Shown piece by piece: positions 1 to 8,379 of a DNA stretch of 64,000 bases. A program made the position numbers and the translations under genes. Every line of letters starts with the position of its first letter. The first letter of the stretch is position 1. The stretch is from positions 1-64,000 of the IMG/VR virus record IMGVR_UViG_3300025030_000081. One strand, given 5' to 3'. This stretch comes from a virus. The notes under the pieces are model-generated. The model worked only from the letters and a program-made list of their open reading frames with translations. It was not told the origin of the DNA and did not search any database.

Positions 1-1214
1 CGCTCAAGGAGATAGCCGACCAGGTCAACAACGTGAAGGCGCGGGCAGAGCTGTCGGCCAAGGCCCGGACAGTCAAGCCGATCGACCCGGAGACTGCCAC
101 TCCGGACGAGCTCACTGAGCATATCACGGAATCCCTTGGATCTTACGATAGCGAAAGAACAATAACCAACGACGGTGTCGCCGCTGCCCTGAAGAGAAAG
201 GATATCTCTGACGAGCAGCGCACGATGCTCGTGGCGGTGACGGAAGCAAACACCGCCAGGAAGAGCATCAACGATCGGGCCGCCAGCGGCAAATCCATGG
301 ATCAGGTCAGCAACGACATCTACAGCGGGATCGCCAATTCCGACTTCAAAGGGATCGACGCCTACCGGCAGGGGATCATGTACCACCTGACCGGGGAGCG
401 CATTCCGGAAGCAACCAAGCAGCTGGACGGATTGAAGAAGTTTCGGGACGCCCACCAGGCAAAGAGCGAGCTGGCTACCGAGCTCTTCGGCATGGTCAAA
501 AAGAACCTGCCCTTCACGCCCGACCAGCAGGCACGGTACAAAGCGCAGCAGAGACTGAATCCCAACTTCCGGATCGATCGCAGTTCGGTTAACTACGTTG
601 CTAATGTCGCACAGGAGGCGCAGGCTTTGAGCGCCGAAGTGACGCTCGCCGAGAGCCTCATGGCCGTCCATAAGAGCAAGGGGCAGAGGGTAGCCCCACC
701 GGTAACGAGTTCGACCTCCACAGCCAGTCCTGCTGCGCCGGTGGCCACAGTAAAAGAGCTTCCGGAGAGTGCGCCAGTAAGCCAGGCTAAAGCCGATCTG
801 GATATCGATTACACAGAAATTTCGGATGTCGGCTTGCAGCGGTATGTCGATAAAGCTATGGCAGCCGGAGTGGCCAATCTTACTACTGAGCAGGCCGGCA
901 AGCTTGAAGCAGTCAATAAAGAGATCGAGCGCCGGAAAACCGGAAATGGCGAAAGTAAGGCTGCTAAGCCGGAGAATGCAGCAAGCGAAAAAGACGTTGA
1001 TCAGGGGGTAGATTCAGCCGATGTAATAAATGAATCGACTGCTGAAAAAATATCTGCTAGTTTGGTCAGTGACATTTCCCTGAATGAGTTGGAAGTTACC
1101 TACACAGACACTGACGGCAGTGAGATAACAAAGTCATACGCAAAGGCTGCACAGGATCTGGATACGGAAATCCAAGAAGCAGAAGCAATTCTGAAATGCT
1201 TTGGTGCTAAATAA
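1..1214 (+). CDS. 5'-truncated virion/ejection protein, probably the separately encoded N-terminal domain of the N4-like virion RNA polymerase
   Basis: The frame is open from position 3, so the gene starts outside the window. It is helical and Ala/Glu-rich. The segment GIDAYRQGIMYHL..ATKQLDGLKKFRDAHQAK recalls N4-like vRNAP N-terminal regions. Its only visible Cys is at the C-terminus (ILKCFGAK). Confidence 0.6.
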   Translation, partial: LKEIADQVNNVKARAELSAKARTVKPIDPETATPDELTEHITESLGSYDSERTITNDGVAAALKRKDISDEQRTMLVAVTEANTARKSINDRAASGKSMDQVSNDIYSGIANSDFKGIDAYRQGIMYHLTGERIPEATKQLDGLKKFRDAHQAKSELATELFGMVKKNLPFTPDQQARYKAQQRLNPNFRIDRSSVNYVANVAQEAQALSAEVTLAESLMAVHKSKGQRVAPPVTSSTSTASPAAPVATVKELPESAPVSQAKADLDIDYTEISDVGLQRYVDKAMAAGVANLTTEQAGKLEAVNKEIERRKTGNGESKAAKPENAASEKDVDQGVDSADVINESTAEKISASLVSDISLNELEVTYTDTDGSEITKSYAKAAQDLDTEIQEAEAILKCFGAK

Positions 1215-1248
1215 TCAGTAGGTCAAACTGATTACTAGGAGGGTTCGC

Positions 1249-1458
1249 GTGAAAAGACACTACTTGCTGACGCTGCTGGTTTCTGTCGACCAGTTCTTCA
1301 ATGCCCTGTTCAGGGGATCCGAGGATGAAACCATCTCCTCCCGCGTCGGTAAGCGAAGAAACGGCAACGAGCGTTTCTGGGCAAAGGTAATCGACAAGTT
1401 GTTTTTCTGGCAGAAGAACCACACGGCCAACAGCATCGAAGCCGACGAGGGGAAATAA
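1249..1458 (+). CDS. small conserved phage protein (DQFFNALFRGSEDETISSR motif), typically tail-associated
   Basis: AGGAGG RBS before GTG; recognisable xDQxxNxxxxGxxDETISSR motif; coupled to the next gene. Confidence 0.7.
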   Translation: MKRHYLLTLLVSVDQFFNALFRGSEDETISSRVGKRRNGNERFWAKVIDKLFFWQKNHTANSIEADEGK

Positions 1459-1868
1459 TGGAGAACATCTACAATATCGGGTTCGCAGAGGGCGACGGCG
1501 AAGAGACCCCGCCTATCAAGCAGGGCTCGACTTTTGTACTTTCCTTCACCGTGAGCAACATCTTCGCTGAGGGCGGGGTAGGTACCACTCTGCGGGGGCA
1601 GTACCGGACAAGCTACGGAGCTACTGAGGCAGTCGATTTCGATTGCACCGTCGAGGTCGTTGCAGCGGTCGCGGAAACCGCGGACACTCCGGCAGTGGAG
1701 AGTTACCTGGATTGCACAGGCACCCTTTCAGCGGACGTTACCGACGGCATGGCACCAGGGCCGGGTGTCTACGATTTCGAGCTGGAGGACGTCAGCGGCT
1801 TCGTCTACCCGGCCCTTGGCGGTAAAGCCATGGTGCGCCCCAGCGCTTCGAGAGGAGTGTCACCATGA
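1458..1868 (+). CDS. tail/baseplate adaptor-like beta protein
   Basis: IKQGSTF...GVYDFELED pattern seen in phage fibre-anchoring domains; TAATG coupling. Confidence 0.55.
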   Translation: MENIYNIGFAEGDGEETPPIKQGSTFVLSFTVSNIFAEGGVGTTLRGQYRTSYGATEAVDFDCTVEVVAAVAETADTPAVESYLDCTGTLSADVTDGMAPGPGVYDFELEDVSGFVYPALGGKAMVRPSASRGVSP

Positions 1869-3937
1869 GTGTGACAGTCGACAATACCGGCAGGGTGCGC
1901 GTCGTGGTCAGCCCGAGACCTTCAGTCGTCGTCACCGTGGGACGCGGGCTTCCCGGCCCGTCTGCATACCAAGTTGCCGTGTCCACCGGCTTCGTTGGTG
2001 ACGTGAATGCCTGGCTTGCATCATTGGGTTCCGCCGTTACGCCTGCTGAAAGTGCCGCGTCCGGAAGAGCAATCCAGTTGTGGGGACTCGATAACGGGGC
2101 GGGACTCCCTGGCGCAGTCCTGCAAGCGCGGATAGACGCCCTGATAGCGGACGGAGTGCCGGAATACGCGATCATCTGGTACAGCATCGGGACACAGGCA
2201 GCCACACTTGAAGGCGTTGGTACCCTTACGGGCGTTGCTGCCGTTTCATCCGTGGGTACGATAGGCGGGGCAGGCATAGCCATAGGCGCGGGTGCTATGG
2301 TTGGTGTCTCGGCAGTTACCTCTGTAGCGGCAATAAGCGGTGTGGGGGTAGCTGCGGGAGATTCAACCCCTGACACCTTTACCCTAACCGACCAGGCCGG
2401 CGTCGCTTCCTCGACCCTGATCGAGTCAAACACCATCACGGTGGCCGGTATAGACGTGGCGACCGCGATCTCCGTTTCCGGCGGTGAGTACAGTAAGAAC
2501 GGAGGAGCTTACACCTCCGGTGCCGGAACAGTAGTTAACGGCGACACGGTTAAGGTGCGGCAGACCTCCAGCGCGGCCGGTGGGACAGAGACCAACTGTA
2601 CCCTGACGATCGGTGGGGTGAGTGATACCTTCAGCGTGACCACGAACATCGATACCACCCCCGCAGTCTTTACCTTCGTGGACCAGACCGGTGTTGCGCT
2701 CAGTTCGGTCATAACCTCCGCCGGCATAGCCATATCAGATATCAATTCCCCTGCGGCAATATCAATTGCCGGCGGTGAGTACAGCGTGAACGGAGGAGTC
2801 TACACCTCGGTACCCGGCACCGTAAGCAACGGCGACACGGTAACGGTACGGCTTACGAGTTCGTCAAGCAACAGCACTGCCGCAAGTGCAACCCTCACGA
2901 TCGGGGGAGTAAGCGACACCTTCACCGCCACGACCGCGGCGGCGGGAGACACTACCCCCGACGCTTACTCCTTCATGGACCAGACGGACGTACCCCTATC
3001 CACGGTAGTAGAATCCAATACCATAACGGTATCGGGGATCGACGCACCCGCGAACCTGTCCGTCTCGGCGGGTGGTGAGTACAGCAAGAACGGGGGAGCT
3101 TGGGCGAGTGCTAACACTACAGTAGTCAACGGTGATACGATCAAGGTACGACGTACTTCCAGTGCAACCGCCGGAACTACCGCCAATGTCGTAGTCCTGA
3201 TTGGCGGGGTGGGTGACACCTTCAGCGTTACCACACTCGCCGCCCCCACCGCGCCCGTCATCACCGTCACCGCAGGAGACACCACAAATGTCATCGCCCT
3301 CACATCTGGCGGCACCGGTGCGACCTCCTACAACCTCAAATGGGATACCGTCAGTCACTCTGTTGATAAGGCATACAGCAACACGATAACCGGCGTCACC
3401 CTCCCGTACACGCATACGGGGAGGACCAACGGGACCGCGTACTATTACAGCCTCGTGGCTATCAACGGGGCGGGTTCGGTGGAATCGGATGAGGTGAGTG
3501 GTACACCTTCAGCCGGGGCGTACTACACGCAGGGATGGGAAGGCGCTGCAAATGGAGCAACGTCTTATGATGGGTGGACTAGTGGCGTGTCTGGCGTCGC
3601 CGCTGCACATGTCAGCAATCTCTTCTCCTCGGTGGGTTCTAAGTCGTTTGCCCTTTCTGTGGGCGATGGAGAGTCAGAGGGGACTGCTTGGGTGGAACGC
3701 ACCATGTCGATACGTGCGGGTATTCTGACATTCTCGCATAAAATCGATACGGGGTCGCCTGAACCCGCATACCTTAAAATATACCTAGATGATGTACAGG
3801 TCGGGCCAGTTGGCGGGTATTTCGGAGATGGTTTTGGCATCACCCTCAACATTCCATCGGCTAGTAAAATTCGTTTCAGTGTCACCAGCCTCGGCGGGGC
3901 GATACACATTGACGCGCTTTCCATACCGATACCGTAG
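1865..3937 (+). CDS. tail fibre/adhesin with three tandem ~98-aa Ig-like repeats and an FN3-like domain
   Basis: Three repeats of DxTPDxFTFxDQxGV...GGEYSxNGG...NGDTVKVR...TIGGVSDTFSVTT, then an FN3-like motif (GATSYNLKW...NGTAYYYSLVAINGAG). Confidence 0.8.
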   Translation: MSVTVDNTGRVRVVVSPRPSVVVTVGRGLPGPSAYQVAVSTGFVGDVNAWLASLGSAVTPAESAASGRAIQLWGLDNGAGLPGAVLQARIDALIADGVPEYAIIWYSIGTQAATLEGVGTLTGVAAVSSVGTIGGAGIAIGAGAMVGVSAVTSVAAISGVGVAAGDSTPDTFTLTDQAGVASSTLIESNTITVAGIDVATAISVSGGEYSKNGGAYTSGAGTVVNGDTVKVRQTSSAAGGTETNCTLTIGGVSDTFSVTTNIDTTPAVFTFVDQTGVALSSVITSAGIAISDINSPAAISIAGGEYSVNGGVYTSVPGTVSNGDTVTVRLTSSSSNSTAASATLTIGGVSDTFTATTAAAGDTTPDAYSFMDQTDVPLSTVVESNTITVSGIDAPANLSVSAGGEYSKNGGAWASANTTVVNGDTIKVRRTSSATAGTTANVVVLIGGVGDTFSVTTLAAPTAPVITVTAGDTTNVIALTSGGTGATSYNLKWDTVSHSVDKAYSNTITGVTLPYTHTGRTNGTAYYYSLVAINGAGSVESDEVSGTPSAGAYYTQGWEGAANGATSYDGWTSGVSGVAAAHVSNLFSSVGSKSFALSVGDGESEGTAWVERTMSIRAGILTFSHKIDTGSPEPAYLKIYLDDVQVGPVGGYFGDGFGITLNIPSASKIRFSVTSLGGAIHIDALSIPIP

Positions 3938-3946
3938 GAAGATGCC

Positions 3947-5449
3947 ATGACCATACTTCAAAATGCACTAGACTACCTGCATACGCTTTACAAGGCGACT
4001 GACGACCCCCCGTATGATTTTCAGGCGGTCCATACAACCGTAATTGATTTTACCTTGGAACACGGTCTAGCCCAGTGGCCACAGGCAGGCACAGGATATC
4101 GCTACTGGTTAGGGATAACTACCGTCGAACCAGAAAACCCATTTGTATTCGTCAGTAATGACGGGATAACGTGGGCACCGGCTCCAGGAACTACCCATCA
4201 GATGGATGATACTGGTGCAGACTGGAATATGTACGATGGATACGGCCCTGACTTTGATTTTTCAGAGGATATTGAGCTTGTCTACGACCCCTTAGCCGAT
4301 TGCATCCATGCATATTGGATGCACACGACATTACTTAGTAATCCGATACAGGGCGATGGGATCAGACATCGAACTATAAACAACAATCTGACGGTTTCAG
4401 CTAAAACAGCCATAGGCATTCCATGGGTAAACCATGAAATGTCCTCAAACTCCCCGACCGTGATACGCGAAGCTTCCGACAAGTGGCATATGTGGGGGAT
4501 CTATCAAGATGTTTCTTTGGACAGTGCCTCTAACCCGTTGCTTAGAAAACTGACCTACCGATTTGGTACTAGCCCTACGTCATGGGGAGAATATCAGCTA
4601 TGTGATATGGCCGTTGATCCAATGATTGCCTATCCCAATGATACGCCAAATCATATAACGGCAGAGCTTAACCCAACTATCCCAGGTCAGGTTGATCTTG
4701 TTATCCAAACCCTCCGCTGGCCACTAGAGGTTAATTATCTGAGCAAGGCGGCGCTGGTCCATGCCGTGACCCATCTATCAACGCCCACTGCTATCACTAC
4801 ACCGCTTGCTCCAACTCGGCTATTGGAGTACGCCCCGCTGAGTTGGGAGAAGCTGGGGCTCTACAGGTCGGGTTTTACCTTGCAGCTTGTTGGCACAGAG
4901 ATGATTATGAGGCTCTGGTACACAGGCGTAGAGGATTACATGCACCCCCGCATCGGCCTCACCTCCGGTGCGATATACGAAGTGGTTGACGGGGCAATAG
5001 TGCCGCCGCCTGATACCAGTGCACCGACAGTGACCGCGTTCACCCTCCCCACTACGTCTACAACTTTAGAGGTAGCATTAATAGCACTCACTGCAAGCGA
5101 GTCGGACTGTACCTTCATTCTGTCAGAGTCTGGAATTAAACCACAGGCCGGAGATGTGCGGTGGGGGGTAGCACCGACTAGTTATACGTTTAATTCCTCA
5201 GGCAGCAAAACCCTCTACGCATGGGCCAAGGACGCAGCGGGGAACGTGAGCGCGGGGGTGGGCGATACGGTGATGATTACGCTGGATACCGCCGGGGCTG
5301 GCTTACTTACCGGCGTCTCCACCGTAACGAGTGTAGGCAGCATTACCGGCATCGGCGTGGCAGCAATGGTGGGTCGCCAGATCAGAGCACCTAATGGGAC
5401 CATACGTATTTTGCGGAGAATCGACGGGACACTTATAACCAACCACTAA
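3947..5449 (+). CDS. putative receptor-binding/depolymerase protein (beta-propeller glycosidase-like N-terminus, Ig-like C-terminus)
   Basis: ENPFVFVSNDGITW Asp-box-like motif; C-terminal LYAWAKDAAGNVS Ig-like motif; lower GC in the N-terminal part. Confidence 0.55.
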   Translation: MTILQNALDYLHTLYKATDDPPYDFQAVHTTVIDFTLEHGLAQWPQAGTGYRYWLGITTVEPENPFVFVSNDGITWAPAPGTTHQMDDTGADWNMYDGYGPDFDFSEDIELVYDPLADCIHAYWMHTTLLSNPIQGDGIRHRTINNNLTVSAKTAIGIPWVNHEMSSNSPTVIREASDKWHMWGIYQDVSLDSASNPLLRKLTYRFGTSPTSWGEYQLCDMAVDPMIAYPNDTPNHITAELNPTIPGQVDLVIQTLRWPLEVNYLSKAALVHAVTHLSTPTAITTPLAPTRLLEYAPLSWEKLGLYRSGFTLQLVGTEMIMRLWYTGVEDYMHPRIGLTSGAIYEVVDGAIVPPPDTSAPTVTAFTLPTTSTTLEVALIALTASESDCTFILSESGIKPQAGDVRWGVAPTSYTFNSSGSKTLYAWAKDAAGNVSAGVGDTVMITLDTAGAGLLTGVSTVTSVGSITGIGVAAMVGRQIRAPNGTIRILRRIDGTLITNH

Positions 5450-5463
5450 AAAGGAGTACGAGC

Positions 5464-5928
5464 ATGCCTTACGCAGCCGGATTTACCAGATACAAGATTA
5501 AGAAATGGATGGACGCCCTCGCCGCGGAAATCAACGCCGGGGGCATCAAACTGGCCATCCACTCCGGAAGCCCCGCAGCCCTGGACCGCAATGCGGATCC
5601 GGCAGTTCCGCTCACCTACGCAGGCACCATCGCCAGTGAACTCACCAGCGCCGGTACCGGTTACACGACCGGCGGATATGTGCTGGACGAAGCGGTAGTC
5701 GAAGCCTCGGGCAACGCCTACCAGATCAAGTTCAGCAACGTCGCGGGGGGAGCGGGCCAGGTCACCACCGGGGCTGGCACCATTGCAATCGGCACCTACA
5801 CGGCGGCGATCTACGACACGCTGGACAGCAACAGGATCATCGCCATCTGCACCGTCTCGGTCACGGTCGCTTCCTCGGGTGGTGCGATGGTATTCACCAT
5901 TCCCGCCGACGCGCTGAAACTGGCGTAA
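5464..5928 (+). CDS. phage structural (tail-associated) protein
   Basis: AAGGAG RBS; IKLAIH...ELTSAGTGYTTGG motif common in small phage structural proteins. Confidence 0.6.
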   Translation: MPYAAGFTRYKIKKWMDALAAEINAGGIKLAIHSGSPAALDRNADPAVPLTYAGTIASELTSAGTGYTTGGYVLDEAVVEASGNAYQIKFSNVAGGAGQVTTGAGTIAIGTYTAAIYDTLDSNRIIAICTVSVTVASSGGAMVFTIPADALKLA

Positions 5929-5979
5929 CTCCAACAGCCCCGGTGCTCACACAGGCCGGGGCGCTATCAGGAGAACTAT

Positions 5980-6477
5980 GTGAAGAAGCCGGCCGGAGTA
6001 ATCATACACCACTCGCTCACCAGGGACGGCAAAACCGTCGATTGGGATGGCATCAAAAAGTACCATACCTCGTACCGACACAACGGCGAGATGATCACCA
6101 AGGACCGGTTCATGACCTTACAGGCTGCCGGCGCCAAGGGTCTGGAATCACCCTGGTCCGATATCGGCTACCATGCTGGCGTCGAGCGGATCAACGGCGT
6201 GCTGACCACACTGACCGGCCGGCCGCTGAACATGACCGGCGCCCACTGCAGCGGGAAGAACGATCACCTTGGAATCTGTATTGTCGGCAACTACGATCTT
6301 GTGGTTCCAGACGATGAACTACTGACCTATTCCGCGGAAGTAGCGGCCGGGTATCTGCGGCTGCTTAATCTGGGCGTCGATACCATGCACCGGCACCACG
6401 AGTACCACCCGAAGTCCTGCCCGGGCAAGCTCTTTCCCTGGGAGCGGTTCAGGACTCTCGTGAGGGATGTGCTGTGA
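5980..6477 (+). CDS. endolysin, N-acetylmuramoyl-L-alanine amidase (Amidase_2 type)
   Basis: IIHHS, WSDIGYH, GAHC, LGICIVGNYD and HHE..KSCPG motifs with zinc ligands. Confidence 0.92.
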   Translation: MKKPAGVIIHHSLTRDGKTVDWDGIKKYHTSYRHNGEMITKDRFMTLQAAGAKGLESPWSDIGYHAGVERINGVLTTLTGRPLNMTGAHCSGKNDHLGICIVGNYDLVVPDDELLTYSAEVAAGYLRLLNLGVDTMHRHHEYHPKSCPGKLFPWERFRTLVRDVL

Positions 6478-6665
6478 GGACGAGATGGAGGCGCCTCGCG
6501 GAGACCTTCGTGGCGAAAAAGTATGTTGCGTGGGTCGTCGCCTCGGTCTTTCTCTGGTTCGCTAAGATATCGGGAACTGACTGGGTCCTCCTGACCTTCG
6601 CCATTTTCACCCTCGACCTGGCGACAAAGATGAAAGTCGCCCCACCGAAAGGAATAGACGAATGA
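6474..6665 (+). CDS. putative holin
   Basis: 63 aa, two hydrophobic segments, charged ends, overlaps the endolysin stop. Confidence 0.6.
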   Translation: MRTRWRRLAETFVAKKYVAWVVASVFLWFAKISGTDWVLLTFAIFTLDLATKMKVAPPKGIDE

Positions 6666-7240
6666 CCCTCTACGATTTGGAGTATAAGATCAAAGGAGTC
6701 CCGAAATGGAAGGTGATCGGAATTGCGGCACTCGTACTATTTGCGGCGTCCTACCTTGTCTGGTCGTTTGTACATACGCCCAGCCCGAAGGCCGGTGCCG
6801 TTATCCTTCCGGCCCCTGCCATCACGGTGCCGAAGGTCGAAGGGCCAACCTTGAAAGTACCGCTCAAGGTCGTGCCTCCCAAGGCCGTCGAAAAGAAGTT
6901 CCCGACGATTGGTACTACGCCTCCCGATAAGCCGGTAATCGACACCGCCAAGATTCCGCAGACGGAGAATGGCGGCTCGACGGTGACCTCTCTGGACCTG
7001 GTAACCGGGGAAGCATCCACTGTCTTCGTTCCGGATCCTGCACCATGGTTCGCCTTCGAGGACAAGAACGCGGTAGGCATCGCATACCTCTGGACCTCGC
7101 AGGGTACGACAGGGGCCGCATACTATCGTCGGGACCTGTTCAGGGTCAAGGATATTCACGTCACCGGCATAGCGGGGATCATGGCGGTTGACGGCAGGGT
7201 GGGTGTGGGAGCCGGAGTAACTGGCGAATTGCGGTTTTAA
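6662..7240 (+). CDS. putative spanin-like membrane protein
   Basis: N-terminal TM helix, Pro-rich linker, amphipathic beta strands ending in Phe; lies in the lysis cassette. Confidence 0.5.
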   Translation: MTLYDLEYKIKGVPKWKVIGIAALVLFAASYLVWSFVHTPSPKAGAVILPAPAITVPKVEGPTLKVPLKVVPPKAVEKKFPTIGTTPPDKPVIDTAKIPQTENGGSTVTSLDLVTGEASTVFVPDPAPWFAFEDKNAVGIAYLWTSQGTTGAAYYRRDLFRVKDIHVTGIAGIMAVDGRVGVGAGVTGELRF

Positions 7241-7400
7241 AGAATCAGCTACGGAGGCGACATGATCGACTAATGAATTCTTGATTAACTAAGAAAAAGC
7301 TGATAATACTCTGTTTGAAGAGTTTTCATGACTAGCTGAGTATTGACCAGAATACCGAAACCTTGACTGACTGCTATATATATTCGATACAGGAGTGTTT

Positions 7401-7907
7401 ATGCCGCTTAGGTTTCACTGGTTAGAGACAGCAGTCATAGCATTAATCATGACGTTGAGTATCACTACCGGCTTTAGTGCAACAGCTCCAGTTGGCAACT
7501 GGACAAATCATGTAGATATCCCTTCGTTGTACGCCATAGCCGGTTACCTTGCTAAGATCATCGTAGCGACAATAACTGCCATGGGCGGGATCATCTGGCT
7601 TTTGGTCAAACAAATATGGAAACAAGACCGACAAGCTCAAACCGCGCAAATCGAAAAACTTCTCCTCAGCCAAGAAACCCTGATTAAAAATCAAACTATA
7701 CAAAGAAACAGCCTTATTCAAATGCACCAGGATACCTCGAAGAAGTTCGATCGGGTGATCGGTGCCATGGGTGAGTGCAAGACTTGTACTGCTGCGATCA
7801 AAGCCTACGATCACAAGCAGGAACAGCGACTGATACTGGATAGTGAGGATGACCATTGGACTGTTGACAACATGCCAGAGATGGTGGCCGGGGGAGAGAA
7901 CAGATGA
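7401..7907 (+). CDS. membrane protein with coiled coil (holin/antiholin-like)
   Basis: Signal/TM segments followed by a Gln-rich coiled coil; AGGAG RBS upstream. Confidence 0.5.
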   Translation: MPLRFHWLETAVIALIMTLSITTGFSATAPVGNWTNHVDIPSLYAIAGYLAKIIVATITAMGGIIWLLVKQIWKQDRQAQTAQIEKLLLSQETLIKNQTIQRNSLIQMHQDTSKKFDRVIGAMGECKTCTAAIKAYDHKQEQRLILDSEDDHWTVDNMPEMVAGGENR

Positions 7908-8164
7908 CACCCAAAGGGATTATTGTTCACCACAGTTTAACCCAGGACGGGATCGGCTACTGCGTAAATAAGGACCGCTACATCGACATCCGTATTGCTG
8001 GCGATTCTGCCGAGAGCATGGAGAGACTGGTAGACCTCACCATTAACCTGATCGTCATGTACGGGATAGCCGTTGACGACATCCACCCTGCGTCTAAGGG
8101 ATGTCTTGATACCTGCTTCCCCTGGGATGAGTATATCGACCGCGTAAAGGAGGTCATGTCATAG
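7904..8164 (+). CDS. miniature, internally deleted amidase paralogue
   Basis: MTPKGIIVHHSLTQDG and CFPWDEYIDRVKEVM mirror the ends of the 5980..6477 amidase (PAGVIIHHSLTRDG; LFPWERFRTLVRDVL). Confidence 0.65.
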   Translation: MTPKGIIVHHSLTQDGIGYCVNKDRYIDIRIAGDSAESMERLVDLTINLIVMYGIAVDDIHPASKGCLDTCFPWDEYIDRVKEVMS

Positions 8165-8331
8165 ACTGCCGAGCGTGGAGAAACGACAAGTGCAAGCTGG
8201 AAGCCTGTTCAAAATGGGACAGCTGCACATTGATGAATGACGCCGCCGTCACACCGGAGACGGCCCCTGCCACCAACAAGAAGCAGTCCTCATGATTATG
8301 TAGCTATAAACTGACAAATATTGTAATAGAG

Positions 8332-8358
8332 TGGGGACGCCAATGTCCCCATTTTTTT
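8332..8358 (+). terminator. intrinsic terminator just before the vRNAP core gene
   Basis: TGGGGAC-GCCAAT-GTCCCCA followed by T7. Confidence 0.75.
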
Positions 8359-8379
8359 GTAATCCCACCGAGGTAACCT

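Noticed and set aside
2360-3240. Diversity-generating retroelement or CRISPR suggested by DNA repeats in the adhesin gene
   Set aside because: The repeats are in-frame protein domain repeats. There is no reverse transcriptase, no adenine-specific variation and no spacer structure.
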